From Eledone cirrhosa (taxonomy: Eukaryota), in NCBI GenBank assembly GCA_964016885.1, contig OZ024753.1, forward strand, positions 41,478,001-41,542,000: DNA of 64,000 nt, in the 5' to 3' direction. Of this stretch, positions 1 to 11,680 are shown in pieces. Every line of letters starts with the position of its first letter. The first letter of the stretch is position 1. The position numbers were made by a program, and so were the translations under genes. The notes beneath the pieces are model-generated. The model was not told where the DNA came from, did not search any database, and saw only the letters and a list, made by a program, of their open reading frames with translations.

Positions 1-422
1 ACAGTTTAACCTATAAACATTTAGCTTTATTATATAAAACAATTATATAAATATTAATACAATGCTACGCTTCTTTCAGTCGATAATTATATATATATAT
101 ATATATATATAAGGATCGATCAACTTTCGTCAAATCGGACCGAGGAAGCAATGTTTCCGTCGGTCATTCCAGTTGCTAGTACTATCTATCGGTCGCAACT
201 CCAGGTAGAAGGAACAACGTGAAATAAAGTGTCTTGCCCAAGGACATAACGCATCGCCCGGTCCACGAATCGAACTCACAACCTCAAGATTGTGAATCCA
301 ATTCTCTAACTCCTCAGCCACACGCCTTCACCTTTTTTTTTATATATATATATATATATATACGCACACACATATATATTTTTAATAGATATAAATTTCA
401 AAACTTATATCCAAAACATAAC

Positions 423-496
423 TATTTCATCTGATGAACGAGCTGGACATTTCTGTAAGGATCGTCTAGTTTCCTGAAACCTTTGGTAATGGAATA
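423..496 (+). ncRNA. Type I hammerhead ribozyme fold
   Basis: Stem I TATTTCAT/ATGGAATA; CTGATGA 431-437; stem II AGCTGGAC/GTCTAGTT with an imperfect base; GAAA 476-479; stem III ACC/GGT; GUA site at 488. Confidence 0.7.
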
Positions 497-891
497 ATTA
501 TATTGTGTTGTTTATTATGTAATTATATATATATATATATCATCATCATCATCATCATCATCGTTTAACGTCCATATTCCACGCTTGCATGGGTTTGGAC
601 GGGAGTTTTCCCACTTGGGGCAAGAGTGGTTGTCTTGCTCGCATAGGACTGTCTGGCGGGTTTTCTACAGCTGGATGCCCTTCCTAACACCAACCACGTT
701 TACAGTGTGGACTGGGAGGTTTTTCCCGTGTTACCTACACGGCCACATTACAGCATGGACTGTGTTTTTTTTGTCGTGACACCTACACGACCTCATTTGT
801 TTCGGCCTGGATGTTGTGGTACCAACATAACTTTACATTGAAAGGGTTGGTGTGGATGGGGTGGGGGTAGTGGGACGGGGGTGTATATATT

Positions 892-1080
892 TAATAAATC
901 AGGAAAGAAGAGTGACACGGTTTGCTATACAAAAAAGGTTTTTAATCTCATTGCTGACAATTGTTTCTCTGAACTGGTAGGTCTAGAGATCGCTATCCGC
1001 TTATTTTACTCGATCGCCAATACAGAGTTATAACCAGTCAGTTATAGCAAACCGTGTCACTCTTCTTTCCTGATTTATTA
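892..1080. repeat. Inverted repeat with 38-bp arms (892-929 / 1043-1080)
   Basis: TAATAAATCAGGAAAGAAGAGTGACACGGTTTGCTATA and its exact reverse complement. Confidence 0.85.
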
Positions 1081-1245
1081 TTACTCCAAGTGTTTACAAC
1101 ATAGGAATTACAGCGTACTCGCAGCATCACTATGGAAACGCCTTGTTGAGTCAAACTTAGCCAAGCGTTGATATCATCCACTACCCGGAGTACCATAACT
1201 GGACTACACCTAAGTAGACTGCATAAAACAATTATTTGTTACCCC

Positions 1246-1318
<73 letters not shown>

Positions 1319-1377
1319 TATTATGTAATTATATATATATATATGTTGTAGATGTTAAAGAGTTCTTTATTAATAAA

Positions 1378-1450
1378 GCTGTGATACATATTTCAATGAC
1401 ATCCATGGTCACTTGATTATTTAACCATTTACGTGATCTCATCAGACAGC
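1378..1450 (-). ncRNA. Type I hammerhead ribozyme fold
   Basis: Minus strand reads GCTGT CTGATGA [long imperfect stem II] GAAA TATGTA TC ACAGC; stem I GCTGT/ACAGC; AUC site. Confidence 0.75.
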
Positions 1451-1647
1451 AAAATTTAGTATACTGTATATATGTATATATATATATATAATTCCACATA
1501 TATGTATATACATACAAGAGAGTTCCGAGTAGTAGATATAGAGGAGGGTATTGGAAGAGAATTCTCTCTCTCTATATATATATATATATATTTCGTTTCT
1601 GAATTTGTTTAGCAAGATTCTTTATCTGAAAACGTGTGTTGAAACCG

Positions 1648-2140
1648 ATATTGTTATACTTTGGGAGGGTCATGTTGCCAATAAGAAACACACGCACCAG
1701 TTGCTTTCACTCCAATTTATTATAAATTAAATTTATAAATTTAAGAATTTATAAATTTCCGGTTGGTTGGTTGGTTGGTTCCATAACCGGACGGTTGTTC
1801 ATATATTGTCAAAGTTCTTTCGTCCCACATTCTGTGACCTCTTCAGTGATTGGGGATTCTTTTTGTGTGTGAACACACACAAAAACAAGATGGCGTAGGA
1901 CAGAATAAAGGAGAGGCACAAAACAAAGAAAAGAATCCCCAGTCACTGAAGAGGTCACAGAATGTGGGACGAAAGAACTTTGACAATATATGAACAACCG
2001 TCCGGTTATGGAACCAACCAACCAACCGAAAATTTATAAATTCTTAAATTTATAAATTTAATTTATAATGAATTGGAGTGAAAGCAACTGGTGCATGTGT
2101 TTCTTATTGGCAACATGACCCTCCCAAAGCATAACAATAT
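1648..2140. mobile_element. Fold-back element with ~215-bp arms and a degenerate hammerhead at 1942-1984; Penelope-like terminus inferred
   Basis: Arms 1648-1863 / 1929-2140 nearly identical in reverse complement; abuts (TA)n; GTCA CTGAAGA...GAAA GAACTT TGAC. Confidence 0.7.
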
Positions 2141-2152
2141 ATATATATATAT

Positions 2153-2490
2153 GGAGGCACATGGCTTAGTGGTTAGAGCATTGGCCTTGCAATCGAAAGG
2201 TTGTGAGTTCAATTCTCAGACCGGGTGATGTGTTGTTTCCTTGAGCAAGGCACTCTATTTCACATTGCTCCAGTTTACTCAGCTGTAGAAATGAGATGAT
2301 AGGGACTGGGGTCCCTATCATTCCACTGTAAAGTGGTCGTGGAGGTGCCACGGCAAAAAAAGCACCCAGCACTCACTGTAAATGTGGTTGATGTTAGGAA
2401 GGGCATCCAGCTGTAGAAATCAAGCCAGAATCAGTTCCCGTCCCACCCTTGCAAGCAGGGAAAAAGTGGACGTAAAATGAAATGAAATAA
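2153..2490 (+). mobile_element. tRNA-derived SINE with CORE-like centre (related copies about 130-330 -, 541-720 - tail, 5056-5225 +, 9630-9860 -, 9968-10110 +, 48238-48390 +, 50450-50720 -)
   Basis: A-box TGGCTTAGTGG, B-box GAGTTCAATTC, CCTTGAGCAAGGCACT core, and an (AAATG)n/(CAT)n-type tail. Confidence 0.75.
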
Positions 2491-2514
2491 TGAACAAATT
2501 CTTCTATTTTTCAG

Positions 2515-2650
2515 ACGTTTAGCTAAATCCATATTAATTCTCATCCCCATCTTCACTGTACACATTATTTTCATCTTTCAACCCGATGAAATGGCTGAGA
2601 TAGCTGAAATCATCCTCCTGTCACTTGAAATGTTGTTGAGTTCATTTCAG
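2515..2650 (+). CDS. Class B1 GPCR gene A, exon encoding TM6-ECL3-start of TM7 (RLAKSILILIPIFTVHIIFIFQPDEMAEIAEIILLSLEMLLSSFQ)
   Basis: tttcag acceptor and gtgagt donor; phase 2 to 0; matches the class B pattern RLAKS(T)LxLIPxxG...SFQ. Confidence 0.92.
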
Positions 2651-2833
2651 GTGAGTTAATTGTTTGTTTTTATCATTTTACTAAGCTATTTATCCCATTA
2701 TTCTATATTTACTATTGTATTTTTGCAGTTAAGGCTTTACTTACCTGCAGAAAACATAGCACTCAGCAAAACACTCGAGTATAATGTCACCATAATATCT
2801 TGAGCTCTGTCAGATCTTGTAACACTTGAGATG

Positions 2834-2916
<83 letters not shown>

Positions 2917-2917
2917 G

Positions 2918-2948
<31 letters not shown>

Positions 2949-2964
2949 ACATATACATATATAC

Positions 2965-3098
<134 letters not shown>

Positions 3099-3134
3099 GT
3101 ATACATATATATGTACATATACATATATATATAC

Positions 3135-3166
<32 letters not shown>

Positions 3167-4396
3167 ACTCGTCTATTGAAATGTCGTTAGGTTTATATTT
3201 ATTACATAGACTTGGGAAAAGCTAAAGGTAATTGGCCGTAACACTTTGTAAACCGTCAAACATATGTGTATGTGTATGTGTGTGTATGTACGTGTGTGTG
3301 TGTGTGTGTGTGTGTGTATTGTTACAGCTCACCCCTGTGTATGTGTAAGCCGGTGCCCTTCCTACTACGAGTTTACAAGTAATTTCTTGGCTATTTTGTT
3401 TTTTAAAAAAAAGACCTCCTTCGGTCACGAATAACCATTGGGTAAATTCCTGTGTATCGCTTTCCACTTGTATCTAGAGTAAATATCGTTATTCGGATCA
3501 ACTTGTTAATAGAATTGTATTTCTTTCACACTGAAAGGTTAAAATGAAGTATCAGCATCATGAAAGGTTTTGTTTTCATGTGTAAATACTATGAAGCATT
3601 TGTTTTAAGTAGTGGACGCTACAATATATATATAATCTCTCTATTACGTTGATTCCCTGTTTGGGTTGTACAAAAACAGTACTGGAGTACCATGAGTTAA
3701 TAAGTTCAAAATATTTAACACTTTGATATAAACTTAATACACCCATCCTGTTAGAGATCCATTCTTTTCTCAATATTTCTAATTATTTATCTCTTTAAAT
3801 TGTTATTATCACTATATAACGATCTGAGAGAGAATTACCTAATTGAGTTGTAGCAAGAGAGTGTCGGTGAGGAAGTTCATTCAAATAAAATCAGTCCTTC
3901 GTAGTGAAAAAGGTTGTGAAACATTTATCTATTACAATAATCCCAAATTATTTAGCTGGTTATATTACTGTTTAAAGGCGGCAAAATGACAGTCGTTAAA
4001 ATGGATAGAATGATTTGCGGTGTTCGTTCTGGTACTTCACTCTCTGAGTTCAAATCTCGTCGAGGTCAACTTTGCCTTTCGTCTCATCCTTTCGAGGTCG
4101 ATAAAAAAAAAAGTACCAGTGAAGTACTGAAGTCGATTCTTTTATATCTCTTTCTCACTCTCTATCCTTCTCTGAAAGAAGTCTGCTGTGTTCAGACAGG
4201 AAGAGGAGATGGATTCTGCTGTATATCAATCCGGCGTCCCAACGAATTAGAGTACCGTACCATATATTAGAGTACCGTACCATATATACATACTGTTTAT
4301 TATGGTTGCAATTCTGTTTATCTAATATATCTTATTATACAAACCTTGAAAACAAACACCATTATAGTTTCAATTTATGTCTTAATACTTATATAT

Positions 4397-4751
4397 ATGA
4401 ATGTATGTATAGTATATTTGGCAATATACCGTATGTTTAATTAAAAACATTTAGAAGACCATACGCTATCAGTTTTAAAGTAGTCACTATGTCACTTCTT
4501 TTCGGCGAAAGAAGGGAGAGAAGCTGACCATCTGTTTCACGCTGGCTGGCGTTCATCAGAGCCTGGGGAGTGCGTGGCGCTGATGAACGCCAACCAGTGT
4601 GAAATGAAACAGACTGTCAGCTTCTCTCCCTTCTTTCGCCGAAAAGAAGTAAGTGACATAGTCGCTACTTTAAAACTGATAGCGTATGGTCTTCTAAATG
4701 TTTTTAATTAAACATACGGTATATTGCTAAATATACTATACATACATTCAT
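4397..4751. mobile_element. Fold-back element with ~165-bp arms carrying a hammerhead
   Basis: Arms 4397-4559 / 4580-4751 with a 20-bp spacer. Confidence 0.75.
4521..4564 (-). ncRNA. Minimal type I hammerhead ribozyme fold within a fold-back element
   Basis: Minus strand reads AGGCT CTGATGA ACGC-CAGCCA-GCGT GAAA CAGATG GTC AGCTT; a damaged mirror copy starts at 4580 on +. Confidence 0.75.
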
Positions 4752-4809
4752 GTAAACATCACTATTTCAGAGCACCAATCCTAATACTTAATTATATATA
4801 TATTTTCAG

Positions 4810-4851
4810 GGACTTGTGATCGCCATTCTACTTTGCTTCGCCAACTATGAG
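4810..4851 (+). CDS. Class B1 GPCR gene A, 42-nt TM7 exon (GLVIAILLCFANYE)
   Basis: ttttcag/gtaacg boundaries; the 42-nt phase-0 exon of the GFFVAxxYCFxNxE type seen in secretin-family receptors. Confidence 0.92.
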
Positions 4852-5494
4852 GTAACGAATATCTAATACGATATAGTTTTTTATGTTTCTTTGTATTTTT
4901 CATTATCATATCATTGAATTACAAGCAGTGTATGTAAATTATAAAGATAATACCAGCAACGGGAAGACCGTTAGAAACAATGTTTCTTTTGTCCAATGTT
5001 TTGCGTCCGCTATCTGATACGGCTATGTGCGTTGGGCTTTTTTAACTTTATTGGTGAAGGCGCATGGCTTATTGTTTAGAGCATTGGGCTTCTAATCGAA
5101 AGGTTGTGAGTTCAATTCTCGGACCGGGTGATTTGTTGTTTCCTTGAGCAAGACACTTTATTTCACGTTGCTCCAGTTTACTCAGCTGTAGAAATGGGAT
5201 GATAGGACTGAGGTCCCTATCATTAAATTACCCAAGACACCTCCAACGAGATATACCTTGGAGGAGGCCAGCTAAACCTGCATAGATGTGAGCTGTCACA
5301 CACATTAGTGGTAACCCGGCCAAAACTGATTCTTGTTCTATAAAACAAAATCTCCCATTTTAAATGGCTCCTATTTAAATTTAAATCTTCCCACATAATT
5401 AGATATAAAAACCTTATATTAAATTATTATTTTGGTAATGAAATAATTAATAATTCTTCATTAATTAATTAACGTAGAATGTATTTAATTAGAC

Positions 5495-5702
5495 CAGTGG
5501 TTCTCAACCTTTTTTTGCCAACGGCACACCTTGGAACACATGAATAAATAGCGGCACACCTGGTTAAATATATATGACAAATAATATTTTTCATATATAT
5601 TTATTAACTGTTTCATATATAATATTTTTGTTCTTAGTGTGCCGTTCAAAATTTCGCGGCACACTTAGGAAGATCTCGCAGCACACAGTTTAAGAATCAC
5701 TG
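5495..5702. mobile_element. hAT-type MITE
   Basis: TIRs CAGTGGTTCTCAAC / GTTTAAGAATCACTG; 8-bp TSD AATTAGAC / AATTAGAG. Confidence 0.8.
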
Positions 5703-5767
5703 AATTAGAGATACGATCACGAAAGAAGAACAAAATTGTAATCTGAATTTTGAATTTACTTTTACAG

Positions 5768-6103
5768 GTGAAAACGGAACTTGCAAGGTTTTGGAAGCGT
5801 CATACCATTGATCATAGCAACTCACACCGAAGTCTACCATTTACCAGTCTTTCAGAATATTTCGCCAAAACTCGACATTCCATAACTGAGAATAAAATGA
5901 TCTGCTTGGAGGATTCTCATAAAAAGATCGATGAGTTTTGTAATCAAAGACTTAAAGATTGCGTCAAGGACCAAACAACCTGTCAGATTCCTATCAATGA
6001 AGGTACGCCCTTAAATGAAGCAAACGGGGACCTGAAATCCCAGATCAATGGCCATGCAACTTCATCATCGTTTGATTCAGCTTCAAGCTCAAAGAAAATA
6101 TAG
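5768..6103 (+). CDS. Class B1 GPCR gene A, terminal exon (helix 8 VKTELARFWKRH plus C-tail to stop)
   Basis: tttacag acceptor, in frame with the previous exon (E|VKTEL..W), open to TAG at 6103. Confidence 0.9.
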   Translation: MKTELARFWKRHTIDHSNSHRSLPFTSLSEYFAKTRHSITENKMICLEDSHKKIDEFCNQRLKDCVKDQTTCQIPINEGTPLNEANGDLKSQINGHATSSSFDSASSSKKI

Positions 6104-6120
6104 CAGAAATATATATATAT

Positions 6121-6293
6121 AGAGTGGAATTCCGTTATAACGAAATTCACGGGATATAAAAAAAATTTGTTGTAACGAGATCGACTGAAACAAATCGAGC
6201 GTTTGTTTGTTATTGCCTAGAGGATTGAAAAAAAATTCGTTATACTGAAAAAATCGTTATAATGGTATTCATTATAACGAAATTTTACCTGTA
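6121..6293. mobile_element. Tigger/pogo-like MITE directly after the gene A stop codon
   Basis: Imperfect TIRs AGTGGAATTCCGTTATAACGAA / TTCATTATAACGAAATTTTACCTGTA. Confidence 0.55.
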
Positions 6294-6706
6294 TTATTTT
6301 TAAATCACGCTAAAGCCATTGACTATGTTCACGATAATGTTTGCCAAAAGGACAAATATCTCAAGTTGGTTAATTCTAAATCCCAGAACAAAGATTATAG
6401 TTAATAGGCGACATTTGTGTATTTGTGAATGTGGTATATTTATTCCAATAAAGTCTCAGTCGAAACATATTGGGAACTCGGCGGGAACAAAGCCGTTTCC
6501 AATTAAAATATTATGCGTTTCGAAATGAGATGCCAACAAAAGGGTTATGGATCTTCGTCAATAGCAAGAACCAAATTAAAAGCTGCTATTAAAGACATAT
6601 TCTATGTTCAATATAATGTTTAACATAATGACAAATACCGTATCTCACAATTATTTCAAGCTAGTTAACTCTAAATCCCAGACGAGATTTCTCGAAACCT
6701 AATTAA

Positions 6707-7044
6707 TACAAGGGTCAGCTGAAAGGCTCAACGGCTGACCTCTCAAGGAATGACCAAAGGAGGTTTATTTTTCAACATAGTCCCTGGAAAGAAACAATAC
6801 AGTTATTAATAAGAAGAGTTGGAATTAATGCATCCAAGATTTCACAGCTCTAACGTTAATTCTTCATAGCCTGACCAAAATACTCTTAGGGAATGACCAA
6901 AGGAGGTTTATTTTTCAACATAGTCCCTGGAAAGAAACAATGCAGTTGATAATAAGTAGAGTTGAACTTAATGCATGTAAGGTTTCACAGCTCTAGCATC
7001 ACTCCTTCATAGTCAGCCTATGGACTTTTCAGTTGACCCTCATA
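6707..7044. mobile_element. Mariner-like non-autonomous element with internal tandem duplication
   Basis: TA-flanked TIRs CAAGGGTCAGCTGAAAGG..GGCTGAC / GTCAGCC..CTTTTCAGTTGACCCTCA; a related fragment lies at about 45700-45810. Confidence 0.7.
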
Positions 7045-7149
7045 GATGTAATTCGTGTATTTGTGAACGTGGTATACATATATATATACATATATATATA
7101 CATATATATATACATATATACATATATATATATATACATATATATATAC

Positions 7150-7224
<75 letters not shown>

Positions 7225-7345
7225 TATATACATATACATATATATATATAATAATAATAAATGTGAAGACTACAATCCAAAGAGTGCTCGATATGGATGA
7301 ATATATAAGAACCATAGAGCAAATATTTATTAAAATAACAGATTA

Positions 7346-7399
7346 GAGTTTAAGCAAAAGAATCGCTGCTTTCACCCTTCACGGGATCTTCTGAAACTC
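7346..7399 (-). ncRNA. Hammerhead-like fold with non-canonical core CAGAAGA / CUU
   Basis: Minus strand reads GAGTTT CAGAAGA TCCC-gtgaa-GGGT GAAA GCA-loop-TGC TT AAACTC. Confidence 0.6.
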
Positions 7400-7511
7400 A
7401 TATATATATATATATATATGTGTGTGTAGCAGGTGAGTTTTATTGTAGTACAATAAAGCAATGCAGATATCGGATAAGAAGCACTCTACAGTTTGTAGGA
7501 CTGGAGTATAC

Positions 7512-7851
7512 ATAATATATAAGAACAAAAGATGGTTAAAAGAGTTCCATGTATTTTATTATGCGCATTTCAAAAACAAATATCATCATGCAATAATATT
7601 TGTGTTTTCATCAGATAAAACAGGAAGACATGATATGAAGGTTAAAAAACACTTGTGGATAGTGCAGTTTTAATAGTGCATATGTTGATTTAAAACTGCA
7701 CTATCTACAAGTGTTTTTTAACCTTCATATCATGTCTTCCTGTTTTATCTGATGAAAACACAAATATTATTGCATGATGATATTTGTTTTTGAAATGCGC
7801 ATAATAAAATACATGGAACTCTTTTAACCATCTTTTGTTCTTATATATTAT
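7512..7851. mobile_element. Fold-back element with ~162-bp arms carrying a hammerhead
   Basis: Arms 7512-7673 / 7690-7851, nearly perfect; ends in (TA)n. Confidence 0.8.
7741..7811 (+). ncRNA. Type I hammerhead ribozyme fold (mirror copy 7552-7622 on -)
   Basis: TGTTTTAT CTGATGA, ~15-bp stem II, GAAA, palindromic stem III ATGCGCAT, AUA site at 7803, then ATAAAATA. Confidence 0.82.
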
Positions 7852-8986
7852 ATACATATATATATATATTCTAATGGAGTTTCAATTGAAACATGTTGGT
7901 AATTCCGGGGAAAAAAAATGTGGCGGTGTTTTTCAACCTTGTTTCAGCTCAACCCCCAATTCAGTTTTCTGAATATATAAAGAAAAACGAAAAATGATTG
8001 AACAAAATATATACATAGTATATATAGCACAGTATATATATAGCACAGTATATATATATAGCATAGTATATACGCCCATTCTGAAGTCTCACGGCCTAAC
8101 AAAATATTGCCAGGCCCTTAATAAACTCTGATCTATAAATGAAGAGTATTTTTAAAGCCCTTTGGATTATAATATTATTCCTACAACCGTAACAGACCAC
8201 CATATAACCTGAAGAACAATCAGTCTTACAAATTACTCTACAATATACGTGTGATTATAATTTTCCAATCATTAATTTAGATCGTAATTCCATTTTGCAT
8301 TTATTTGAAATCTTTCTTTGCTGATAATGATTTGGTCCATTTTGTACATTTTTTGTGTTCGATGTTCGACAAAATTATATTTACATATATTTACATATAT
8401 TTACATATATTTACATATGTTATATATTTTATGTTATTGACAACTAAAAATACAAATCAATTTGTATTTTTTATGTGTACTTATTAATAGTGATATGTAA
8501 ATAACGATGCTATTATGTATAGTTAAATATATTTAAAACAAGAGAGAAATACTTTCGATTCTTCAAACGATGATATAATGAAATAAAGTGTAGTTGTGAA
8601 GTTTCTCTGTACAATACAAATCTGAGAAATGTTACAAAATATGATTCCTTTGTTATATATTGTATATATTGTATATTCTTATTTTGCCTTTAGTTGTGAC
8701 AGGAGACAAGAAAATCATATTTCAAGATACATATTTAAGAATAGTATAATGCTACATAAATATAAAAAGGTTAGTACTCTTTATATGTGCATATATACAA
8801 GTGTATGTATGCATGTGTGTGTATATATATATACAAACATAAATATATCTTAAGGTTTGTTGGTTCACCACTGGATAGAACTGGTCATTCCATATGGTCA
8901 ATCCTGGTGTAATATTGTGTACACAACGCAGTGCAGTTCACCCATCTTCATTTGTGTTGTTGGTGGTGCGAATACGGAGTTAATTA

Positions 8987-9395
8987 TAAATGAAATAAAA
9001 TAACAGGAGGCTGGACTGGTGTAAATCCTTGAAAGGTTTATTATACTATGATCATTTCAATGACCGGGTTCCATATGAATCCGGTGATATCATCAGGTAT
9101 TGGAATATAACAAAGGAATATGTAAAAAAAACCTTGGGTCCGAAAAATCAGAGACAGAGGACGACTGACCAACTAGCTTCTCGGCCAGTCGCCCTGAGAA
9201 GCTAGTTGGTCAGTCATCCTCTGTATCTGTCTCTGATTTTTCGGTCCCAAGGTTTTTTACATATTCCTTTGTTATATTCCAATACCTGATGATATCACCG
9301 GATTCATACGGAACCCGGTCATTGAAATGATCATAGTATAATAAACCTTTCAAGGATTTACACCAGTCCAGCCACCTGTTATTTTATTTCATTTA
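8987..9395. mobile_element. Fold-back element with ~197-bp arms carrying a hammerhead
   Basis: Arms 8987-9182 / 9196-9395; a related fragment lies at about 39433-39475. Confidence 0.8.
9282..9339 (+). ncRNA. Type I hammerhead ribozyme fold (mirror copy 9043-9100 on -)
   Basis: ATAC CTGATGA, stem II ATCACCGG/CCGGTCAT, GAAA, palindromic ATGATCAT, AUA site at 9335, then GTAT. Confidence 0.75.
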
Positions 9396-11162
9396 CAAAC
9401 ATAAATATATATAGATGCATATTTAAATATTTATGTGTGTGTATATATATATAGATATATATATATATGAGAAGGGGGTGTATGGCGTGGTTACTGTTAC
9501 ATAACTGTAACCACAAATATGAATTTCATCTCAAAAATATTCCGTTTTGTCCATAATCCAAAACTAACAACACAAAGTTAAAGTCTGTTCTAAACCAAAT
9601 ACACATCAGACTGGTACTTATCCCAGGTTTCCTTGGTTCTAAGCGATTGAAAGTACAAGACTCTTCCTGGACATGACACCAACCTCTCGTAGGATTAACT
9701 CTCCAGCTATTGTTAGTGTCAACTCTAAGAAGGATGTACTGGAACAACTGGAAATAAAGTATTTTGCTCAAGAATACAACACAGTAGCCGTTCTAGGGAT
9801 CGAACTAATGAAATTACGATCGTACATTAAGCATACTAACCGTTAGGCCACACGTTCGTAAATTCCCGACAACTAGTTACACGGAGTACTCTCCCTGGCG
9901 GATAAAAATAAACCTTACAATATTCTGTCCAACATCATCTTTGCTTTACTAGAATAAATTAATTCCTGGTGATGCCTAGTGGTAACAGTGTTGAATTTAT
10001 GGTCTTAATGTTGTGAGTTCAATTCTTGGACTAGGTTGTGTGTTGTGTTCTTAAGCAAAATACTTTTGCTCCAGTATACTCAACTGAAAATTAGCTGGGG
10101 TGTTTAACTCTGGAATCGACTGACGTCTTGTCCAGGTAGAAGGGGACGGGGTCTTGTATTCTCACTCGCTTATCGCCACTTAAACCGAGATTCGAACCGA
10201 CCAGATGAATCTCTGGGTTCGAGACAGACACCAGCTTTTATAGTACCAGTCATGTACTGGGTTTGTTTACTTAAGTTTGCTCTCCAAAATTTGCTGCCTT
10301 GGGGTAGAATCAGGAAACAATATTCTCTACAGATGGTAACTATTCTGATAACACCCCTACCGCCCAATGTGTTATTTCATCTAAGGGAAGTCATTCAATA
10401 TTAAAAATTGATAGTGTATAGTTGCTTCCCTTCGAATATAATCTCACCACTCTCCTTGTTCAATTGTTATTAGAGATAAGTGACAACATACATAAAGTAT
10501 AATGGTTATTTTATGGGGGTTTTATTTTTTTAGATATAATCCACTAAATAATACAGACTCACACACATATATAATAGATACACACAAACACACACATATA
10601 TATTTATATATCCAGGGAGTGTAACATGAAGTTACTGTAGGTTCACCCAGGTGATCACTCGATGTTTAGGTACACGTCAGTAGCGGGTGTAGAACTGGAC
10701 AGAGTGTAATATAATAATTTTATATATATAATAATTAATTAATTATACAAGACTCATCCCACACAGACACACGTATACATTGTGACGTACGGATGTATGG
10801 AAGTAACTCAAATTTATATATATAATGTGAAGAGAAGAATATTTGTCATATTAAGACGATTAATTAGTCAAATTTAAATGTTTACATCATTAGAAAACAT
10901 TTAGGTGGCATGTCATTATATCTGCAAGATTTGTATAAATCAGCATTTATAGAAGAAAGAAAGCAAAAGCCGGCCGATTTCATCTCATTTAATGATTGCA
11001 GTATGTTACAAATAAAAGATCGGCGCTACCATTAATGTCAACTAGACAGTCACCTAGGGCGCAGACGTCAGGAAGGCCCATTAATGAACCTTTTGTAAAG
11101 AAACTCGATATAGTTATCATATATATTGCATCCACGGCCGAACATATGTATTAGTTCCTAAA

Positions 11163-11233
<71 letters not shown>

Positions 11234-11297
11234 TGTCCCAAGGCTCTGATACCATCAACACTATAAACACAGAGCTGGCATATCTAAGAACTGACTA

Positions 11298-11354
11298 ACT
11301 GCCTGATGAGGTCATAGCCATTCAATGGCTATCATCGAAATATATATTAGCAGT
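11298..11354 (+). ncRNA. Type I hammerhead ribozyme fold
   Basis: ACTGC CTGATGA GGTCATAGCCAT/ATGGCTATCATC GAAA TATATAT TA GCAGT; stem III register is off by one nucleotide. Confidence 0.72.
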
Positions 11355-11532
11355 AAATAAAGGATTATGAGTTCATGCAATTGACTTATGTTTCGTCACT
11401 ATATATATATATATATAACGAAGGAAATGTGGTACGTATGTATATGTATGTATATATATATGTATATATACATATGTATATTTGTGTACATATATATATG
11501 TGTATATATGTAAGTATGTATATATGTGTGTG

Positions 11533-11593
<61 letters not shown>

Positions 11594-11680
11594 ATAATCC
11601 ACTAACATGCACCCACATGCATATATATATATATATATATATTTGTCGACACTAATAGTCATGTGCACCATTCATTCATT

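Noticed and set aside
844-882. G-run cluster with G-quadruplex potential
   Set aside because: Common low-complexity feature with no supporting context.
2153-2225. tRNA gene
   Set aside because: A and B boxes belong to a multi-copy SINE head; no full cloverleaf.
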